DNA of 64,000 nt from an uncultured virus (IMG/VR IMGVR_UViG_3300009378_001140) (taxonomy: Duplodnaviria > Heunggongvirae > Uroviricota > Caudoviricetes). Shown piece by piece: positions 58,116-64,000 of this stretch. Within the stretch, counting starts at the first letter, position 1. Every line of letters begins with the position of its first letter. The notes beneath the pieces were generated by a model, which worked only from the letters and a program-made list of their open reading frames with translations, did not search any database and was not told the origin of the DNA. The position numbers and the translations under genes were made by a program. The stretch is from IMG/VR virus record IMGVR_UViG_3300009378_001140. One strand, 5' to 3'.

Positions 58116-59019
58116 TTATGTGCGCAGAGTTTAAATTCATTCTAATTCTCGCAGATGTACAATTTACACCAATTCTTTTCCAACATTCCGACGCAAGATA
58201 GTAAAGAAACCTTAAGTCGTGTTCAAACAGCCTGACAACATCGCATGATCTTATCACACAATGAAAATCCATTATTTTATTTCTCTGACTAACTTGAATA
58301 AATGATATACAAGAATCATCAGTGTATACAAACCTTCTAGAAAAAATATCTTCCTTTCTCAGATACTCATTTTCTCCTGACATCTCTGATTCTATCTTTT
58401 TAAGAAGTGCTAAGAATATCTTTATGTAGTATTCTGACTCTGGCTCAAATTCTAAACTTTTTGGTGTTGCTTCCCTAAATTCTCCGTCGTCATGCAGTGT
58501 CAGCTGGAGCGGGAAGACCTCACTCCTCTCTGTCTGTCTTACAACCTTAGCTACAATACCTGCAACATCTTTGAGCTGAAATTTTTCATGTGACGTTAAT
58601 TCATCTATAACATGATCAGCTATATCATTTATTGGTGAGCTTTCAGATGTTATTCTTACAGCTAACGGATGATCATTTAAACGCTTAAACTCTTTTTTAA
58701 ACGACCTATGAACAGACTTTAAAGATCTAGCGTCGTGGATCTCATCTCCTCTCTTTTCAAATCTCTTCTTTATTACCCTAAACGGCAGATCGATGATAAC
58801 ATACCTGTTATTTAAATTGTACATCTCTCTGTGTAGATGGTCTTCCATATAGTCAATAGACCTACCATACATCTCTGAAAACACCTTTCTAGATAGCTGT
58901 GATCTATCCATGAGGTGCCACCGATACCCAGTTTTTTTATGAATCTCCCGAATCAGAGACGTCTTTCCTGAACAGTCTGGACCCTCTACAAATATTGTAT
59001 GTGCTGGAAATGATAACAC
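58108..59019 (-). CDS. nucleotide kinase fused to a truncated thymidylate-synthase-like domain
   Basis: EGPDCSGKT and DRS; then SRR, SCISFIQ, RSCDV.....HD and SAHI. Confidence 0.8.
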   Translation of the reverse strand: MLSFPAHTIFVEGPDCSGKTSLIREIHKKTGYRWHLMDRSQLSRKVFSEMYGRSIDYMEDHLHREMYNLNNRYVIIDLPFRVIKKRFEKRGDEIHDARSLKSVHRSFKKEFKRLNDHPLAVRITSESSPINDIADHVIDELTSHEKFQLKDVAGIVAKVVRQTERSEVFPLQLTLHDDGEFREATPKSLEFEPESEYYIKIFLALLKKIESEMSGENEYLRKEDIFSRRFVYTDDSCISFIQVSQRNKIMDFHCVIRSCDVVRLFEHDLRFLYYLASECWKRIGVNCTSARIRMNLNSAHIIE

Positions 59020-62000
59020 TATGCCACGTTCACCTGTTTCATCTTATATGACGACGTAGAACACCCCCACGATTCACTGGACGAAACCTCAGCCAGCCAT
59101 ATTGTGTACAAGCCTGGGACAGTTTTAAACTTCGTCCACACGCGAAGCCAGGCGCTTTCTGAATTATTGTCACATACCTTCATTCTATAGAACACCTTTC
59201 CATTTTTTGTAGTTCTCTCTTCAATAGATTGAATGCAGAACCATGCAACTGTCTTCTCGCTTCCACTCATGCTAACAACTGACTTCACGCCAGACTCATT
59301 TATCTTTTTCATAAGCTGTGGAGGAAAAATTAGATCCTCATCTGCACCTGCCATTAGATCAACACACATCTCAATTTTTTCAGACCTTGACCAGTCGCTA
59401 AGATCGTGACTTTCAAGAATCTTCTCGTTGATAAAGACAGGAACTCGACCTGTATCTTTTATCATTCTCTTCACAGCTGTTTTTGTCATACCGTGTCTAC
59501 CCTTCTTAAGAAGATCATAATTTCCAACAATTATCTCATGAAGCTGTCTATGATTTAAGATCTTTCCACTTTTCATCTCATCAAGAGATCCAAATGCCTC
59601 AACCTTACAAAGTGAATCGAAACACGTCTTATTCATCTTTGAAGGTTTCCACGTTCCTTCATCGGTAAATAGCATCTGGTCTATGCATGTAAATGGCCTT
59701 CGCATCATTATTTCCTGAACTGCTGACTTACCCACACCCTTTATTGCTGTGAGAGGAGGAACAAATCCTTCTCGATCATCACTGTAAACCCAGACGTCAG
59801 ATGATGTATTGATGTCAGGAGGAAGAAACTTATATCCAAGAGATTTTATTTCCGCCATTATCTTTCCAAACTTTGGTGAGCCGTTCCACGTCTGAAGGCA
59901 TGTCGCCAGCCACTCTTTTTCATAATATGTGTGAAGCCATGCAGAGTAATATGAGTCAACTGCATACGATACAGCGTGACTTGCGTTAAAGCCATATCCT
60001 GAGAAATATTCTATTGTCTCATATAGCTTCTCGGCCTTTTCCCTATCCATTCCGCTTAGGTTGACTGACCCATCTACAAATTTCTTTCTAAGATCAATTC
60101 TTTCCTGAACCTTTGCTGCGTTTGAATCAAGAGATTTCTTTACAAGAGTCTTTCTCATCTTGTCAGACTCACCTTTATCAAACCCTGCTAGCTTCTGTGC
60201 TAACATCATAAACTGCTCTTGAAAACACAGATAGGAATATGTCTTGCCTGTAACCTCCTCTATGACAGGATGGTCGTATGATATTTTCTTACCGGCATCA
60301 ACTTCTTGCTTAGTCTTTACATACTTCTTATCGACCTTTGCTGCTAAAGGTCCTGGACGATATATTGCGGTAATTGTAGCAAGATCATCAATCGATCGTG
60401 GCTTTGCATTTTGACAAAACTTTCTTGCACCAGAATTTACAAACTGAAAGATTTGAACGAATCGCCCACCATGATACACATATTCCCACACCCTTTGATC
60501 ATCCATGTCATGATATCTGCTGTTTAAGTGATCATCAAAGAACTTATTTATCTGATCGAATGAAGGATTTTCAACACCTTTCTTTCTTAAAACTAGCCTA
60601 ATGGTGTCCTCCACCATCTTCAATGTCGCAAGACCAAGAAAGTCAAACTTTAGAAATCCATTCTCTTCTAGATGCCTAAAGTTCATTCCTTCAGACCACG
60701 GTGTCTGCAACTCACCTCTGACTTTGACTATCGGCATGTGGGTCTCAAGATCAGGACACACCAAGACGCCGCCAGCGTGTCTGCCAATAGACCTCAACTC
60801 CATAAATAGTGTTTGAACATGCTCAGAAACCTTAGGGTATTTTTTCATAAACTTCTGGTATGGTTCACTATATTTCATGCAATCCTCATGAGTCAAAACA
60901 TATGTTGATTTTTCCTCGTGGTCTCCCATAGCACGAGGCATCACCTCTCTTTCTAAAGGGTTTGTGAGCTTATTGACTTCATCAAATGGAATCCCGTAAA
61001 ACTTAGACACATCTTTGATCAATGATTTGAGTTTTAATGTATTAAAATTTGATACAGGAATTACAGAATCGTCTCCAAAGAGCTCTCTTGACACATCGAT
61101 TAAAACATCTCGATCTCCGACGTCTGTATCAATATCAGGCCAGCTTGCTTTATGAAGACCCAAAAATCTCTCAAAGAGAAGATTATACTTTATTGGATCA
61201 ACATGAGTTATTCCTAAGACATAATTAACAAGACTACCCGCACCTGATCCCCTTCCCGGACCTATCAGGGTTTGATTCTTAGCCTTATCAAACACTTTAG
61301 TTAAGGTTAAAAAGTAGTTTTCAAACCCTAGTTCTTTAATGACAGAAAGCTCTTCTTTGACCCTGACGAGATATTCAGGCTTCTCATGAAGGTCTGACTT
61401 TATCATTCCTTCCTTTACCTGATCAACTAATTGTCCGAATGCTGACCTTTGGGGTGTTGTAAAGTCTGGAAGTTTTGCGCTGTTACCGTCAAACCAAACC
61501 TCATCACACATATCCCACGCAATGCCATAGGTTCTCCCAATTGAATCCTTTACTGTGTTCTCATGACCGCGATAGAAGTCATATTGATCATAGCCTTTCT
61601 TAAATGACTCCCACATCTGTTGAGCATTCTTTGGGTATAGCTCGCACTTTAGCTCACTCTTCTCTGGAAGTTTTGGCATCTCATCATCTCTAGATCCCAT
61701 TCTTCCTAAAATTTTATACATCTCTCGTGCCTCCCACATCTCAGGCCTGCAATAATGTGAGTCAGCAGTTGAGATAAGCGGGATACCAGTTTTATCTGAC
61801 AGCTCTAGAAGACATCGATTTGTAAGGTGTTGTGCGACAAGATCGTTAAATTGCAACTCTAAAAAGAAATTTTCTCTGCCAACAGCATCAACAAATCTAT
61901 CAGTCATGTTCTCAAGCTTTCTCATCACTGACTTGAGAACATAGGGATCATCAACTAATCCTGGTGATAGCTCATCAAATTGCTTATCTGGAAATTCCTG

Positions 62001-62621
62001 GAATATGTGACCTGATGCTCGGCCTCCCACACATGCTGTAGATACAATAAGCCCATCAGAATTTTCCTTTAGCATCTTGAAGTCAATCCTTGGAAATCTA
62101 TAAAACCCTTCCTTATATGACATCTTAATAAGCCTAAAAAGATTTTGGAGACCTTTGAAATTTTTCGCTATAACAACAAGATGATATCTCCTCTTCCACT
62201 CTGGGTATTCACCTCTATCTTTCTTTGTCTCATTTTCATTTTCAACAATGAGACCCTCACTTTCGTCTCCGTCATCTACAGAGATCTTTCTTTTGGTCTC
62301 TCTCTCAAGCCTAACCCTCTCACGATGCTTATTGTAGTCATTTCTCCATTCTGATAGATCATCAACGAAATAGCACTCACATCCGTATATGTGCCTATAC
62401 TGCTTCCCTTTTGTCTTTAGCTTCTTTGCATAGTTATGCGCATGAGCTGCTGAATTCATGTGACCGTGATTTGTTAAGGCTAGAGAATTCATTCCGTTCT
62501 CAAGAATGAAATCGATGTGCTCATTAGGATAGCCTAGACCGTCATAGACACTTGATCCATCATGTGCATGTAATCCGACAAATCGTCTGGGCGGAGAAAT
62601 TTTATTAATTGACATTAGCAT
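59019..62621 (-). CDS. dnaE: DNA polymerase III alpha subunit (family C)
   Basis: PHP domain (H.H...S..DG, DSHY), GRGSGAGS, PDIDTD, HAGG, KFDFLGL and GFNASHA. Confidence 0.97.
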   Translation of the reverse strand: MLMSINKISPPRRFVGLHAHDGSSVYDGLGYPNEHIDFILENGMNSLALTNHGHMNSAAHAHNYAKKLKTKGKQYRHIYGCECYFVDDLSEWRNDYNKHRERVRLERETKRKISVDDGDESEGLIVENENETKKDRGEYPEWKRRYHLVVIAKNFKGLQNLFRLIKMSYKEGFYRFPRIDFKMLKENSDGLIVSTACVGGRASGHIFQEFPDKQFDELSPGLVDDPYVLKSVMRKLENMTDRFVDAVGRENFFLELQFNDLVAQHLTNRCLLELSDKTGIPLISTADSHYCRPEMWEAREMYKILGRMGSRDDEMPKLPEKSELKCELYPKNAQQMWESFKKGYDQYDFYRGHENTVKDSIGRTYGIAWDMCDEVWFDGNSAKLPDFTTPQRSAFGQLVDQVKEGMIKSDLHEKPEYLVRVKEELSVIKELGFENYFLTLTKVFDKAKNQTLIGPGRGSGAGSLVNYVLGITHVDPIKYNLLFERFLGLHKASWPDIDTDVGDRDVLIDVSRELFGDDSVIPVSNFNTLKLKSLIKDVSKFYGIPFDEVNKLTNPLEREVMPRAMGDHEEKSTYVLTHEDCMKYSEPYQKFMKKYPKVSEHVQTLFMELRSIGRHAGGVLVCPDLETHMPIVKVRGELQTPWSEGMNFRHLEENGFLKFDFLGLATLKMVEDTIRLVLRKKGVENPSFDQINKFFDDHLNSRYHDMDDQRVWEYVYHGGRFVQIFQFVNSGARKFCQNAKPRSIDDLATITAIYRPGPLAAKVDKKYVKTKQEVDAGKKISYDHPVIEEVTGKTYSYLCFQEQFMMLAQKLAGFDKGESDKMRKTLVKKSLDSNAAKVQERIDLRKKFVDGSVNLSGMDREKAEKLYETIEYFSGYGFNASHAVSYAVDSYYSAWLHTYYEKEWLATCLQTWNGSPKFGKIMAEIKSLGYKFLPPDINTSSDVWVYSDDREGFVPPLTAIKGVGKSAVQEIMMRRPFTCIDQMLFTDEGTWKPSKMNKTCFDSLCKVEAFGSLDEMKSGKILNHRQLHEIIVGNYDLLKKGRHGMTKTAVKRMIKDTGRVPVFINEKILESHDLSDWSRSEKIEMCVDLMAGADEDLIFPPQLMKKINESGVKSVVSMSGSEKTVAWFCIQSIEERTTKNGKVFYRMKVCDNNSESAWLRVWTKFKTVPGLYTIWLAEVSSSESWGCSTSSYKMKQVNVA

Positions 62622-62641
62622 CTTACCGCATGAATATCATA

Positions 62642-62670
62642 ATTTTACCACACGCATGCAAGATGAACAA
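62642..62670 (-). promoter_or_regulatory. possible promoter upstream of dnaE
   Basis: TTGTTC-17 nt-TAAAAT. Confidence 0.45.
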
Positions 62671-62688
62671 GAATTATGACTTAAATCG

Positions 62689-64000
62689 TTAGTCAACCTC
62701 TTCATACTCTGCTTCAGAGAAGTCATCGCTTTCATGAGATGTCTCTTCATTTTTTGATGCATTCTCATACATTTCCCTTCCGGCATTTTGAGATACCTCT
62801 TCAAGCTTCTCAAGAGCGCTTAAGAGAGCCTCTCTGTCATCCCCAGACAACGCATCCTTGGCATCAGCAACTGCAGACGTAATATCAGCAAGAGTCTGAT
62901 CTGATATCTGCCCACCTGAATCCTTTGTCATTTTTTCAACCTGATAGACTAGACTGTCGCATCTATTTCTATCTTCTACGTCTTTCTTTCTAATTGCATC
63001 TTCCTCTTCATGTTGCTTTGCATCATTAATCATTCTTTCAATATCGTCATCAGACAGTGATCCTTTACCCTCTATTCTAATAGACTGATTTTTTCCTGTC
63101 GCCTTGTCTTTTGCTGAAACACTAACAATTCCGTTTGCATCGATATCAAATGTAACCTCGATCTGCGGGATCCCTCTCGGTGCGACTGGTATGCCGTCTA
63201 GCCTAAACCTTCCAAGACTCTTGTTGTTCTTTGCAAACTGCCTTTCACCCTGAAGAACATGAATATCAACAGACGTCTGACCATCAGCTGCTGTGCTAAA
63301 TGTCTCATTTTTTGAACACGGTATTGTTGAATTTCTATCAATTAGCCTAGTCATAACACCGCCCAGAGTCTCAATTCCAAGAGACAAAGGTGTTACATCT
63401 AGCAAGAGAACATCGTGAACATCACCTGAGAATACCCCTCCTTGAACTGCTGCACCTAATGCGACAACTTCATCAGGATTTACAGAGCTGTTAGACTTTT
63501 TGTCAAAGAGCTTCTCAACTGCAGACTTAACTGCAGGGATTCTTGTTGATCCGCCTACGAGTATTACCTCATCAATGTCACCAACATTTAGCCCTGCATC
63601 CTTTAGGGCTCTCTTTGTAGGCTTCAGCGTTCTTTCAACAAATGACTCAATCATCTGTTCAAATTTTGACCTTAGAAGCTCAACTTGAAGATGTTTTGGC
63701 CCTGTTGAATCTGCTGTTAAAAATGGCAAGTTTACCTCTGTTTTTTGGGTGCTGGAAAGCTCTATTTTTGCCTTTTCAGATGCATCTTTTAGTCGCTGTA
63801 AGACCATCTTATCTCCGCTGACGTCGATACCTGTTTTGTTCTTAAACTCTTCAATCAGCCATGATATTAATATCTGATCAACATCGTCGCCGCCTAGTCG
63901 AGTATCTCCATTTGTGCTAAGCACCTCAACAACGCCTTCTGCTATTTCAAGAATTGATATGTCAAATGTTCCACCTCCGAGATCAAATACAGCAATTTTT
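62689..64000 (-). CDS. dnaK: chaperone DnaK (5' part lies outside the window)
   Basis: [12 protein letters not shown] at the window edge; [32 protein letters not shown] and [14 protein letters not shown]. Confidence 0.98.
   Translation of the reverse strand, partial: KIAVFDLGGGTFDISILEIAEGVVEVLSTNGDTRLGGDDVDQILISWLIEEFKNKTGIDVSGDKMVLQRLKDASEKAKIELSSTQKTEVNLPFLTADSTGPKHLQVELLRSKFEQMIESFVERTLKPTKRALKDAGLNVGDIDEVILVGGSTRIPAVKSAVEKLFDKKSNSSVNPDEVVALGAAVQGGVFSGDVHDVLLLDVTPLSLGIETLGGVMTRLIDRNSTIPCSKNETFSTAADGQTSVDIHVLQGERQFAKNNKSLGRFRLDGIPVAPRGIPQIEVTFDIDANGIVSVSAKDKATGKNQSIRIEGKGSLSDDDIERMINDAKQHEEEDAIRKKDVEDRNRCDSLVYQVEKMTKDSGGQISDQTLADITSAVADAKDALSGDDREALLSALEKLEEVSQNAGREMYENASKNEETSHESDDFSEAEYEEVD

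Noticed and set aside
59019..62621. Intein or intron in dnaE
   Set aside because: Length and motif spacing are ordinary, and no splice-junction or endonuclease motifs were seen.

Overview
Gene-dense window, almost entirely minus-strand, from a large (jumbo/huge) tailed bacteriophage genome. Standard genetic code; TAA, TAG and TGA all serve as stops. Bases 1 to about 11.3 kb are visibly more GC-rich and hold an overlapping array of about 20 small paralogues starting M-K-x-G-D-L-V (KOW/SH3-like), plus RtcB, FeoA, a metallophosphoesterase and a beta-barrel protein. The AT-richer remainder encodes: exported lipoproteins and proteases; a cytochrome c broken by one TAA; a TMEM65-like protein; a tRNA region with an HNH endonuclease; IMPDH, a DinG-like helicase, GreA, a sigma-70 factor and GroEL; a 1365-aa four-domain nucleotidyltransferase/nuclease protein; SOD and a putative lysis trio; a nucleotide-metabolism cluster with a kinase/thymidylate-synthase-like fusion; DnaE and a partial DnaK. 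Most unusual observations: (1) a promoter-driven tRNA-Ile(UAU)-like RNA whose two D-arm strands are swapped around the anticodon arm; (2) a tRNA gene split in half by a cassette carrying an HNH gene and a long-variable-arm tRNA-Thr(UGU); (3) unrelated proteins sharing an LRxxIxE leader/linker that may mark capsid cargo; (4) two recurring promoter-like motifs. All calls come from motifs read by eye; no database searches were run.
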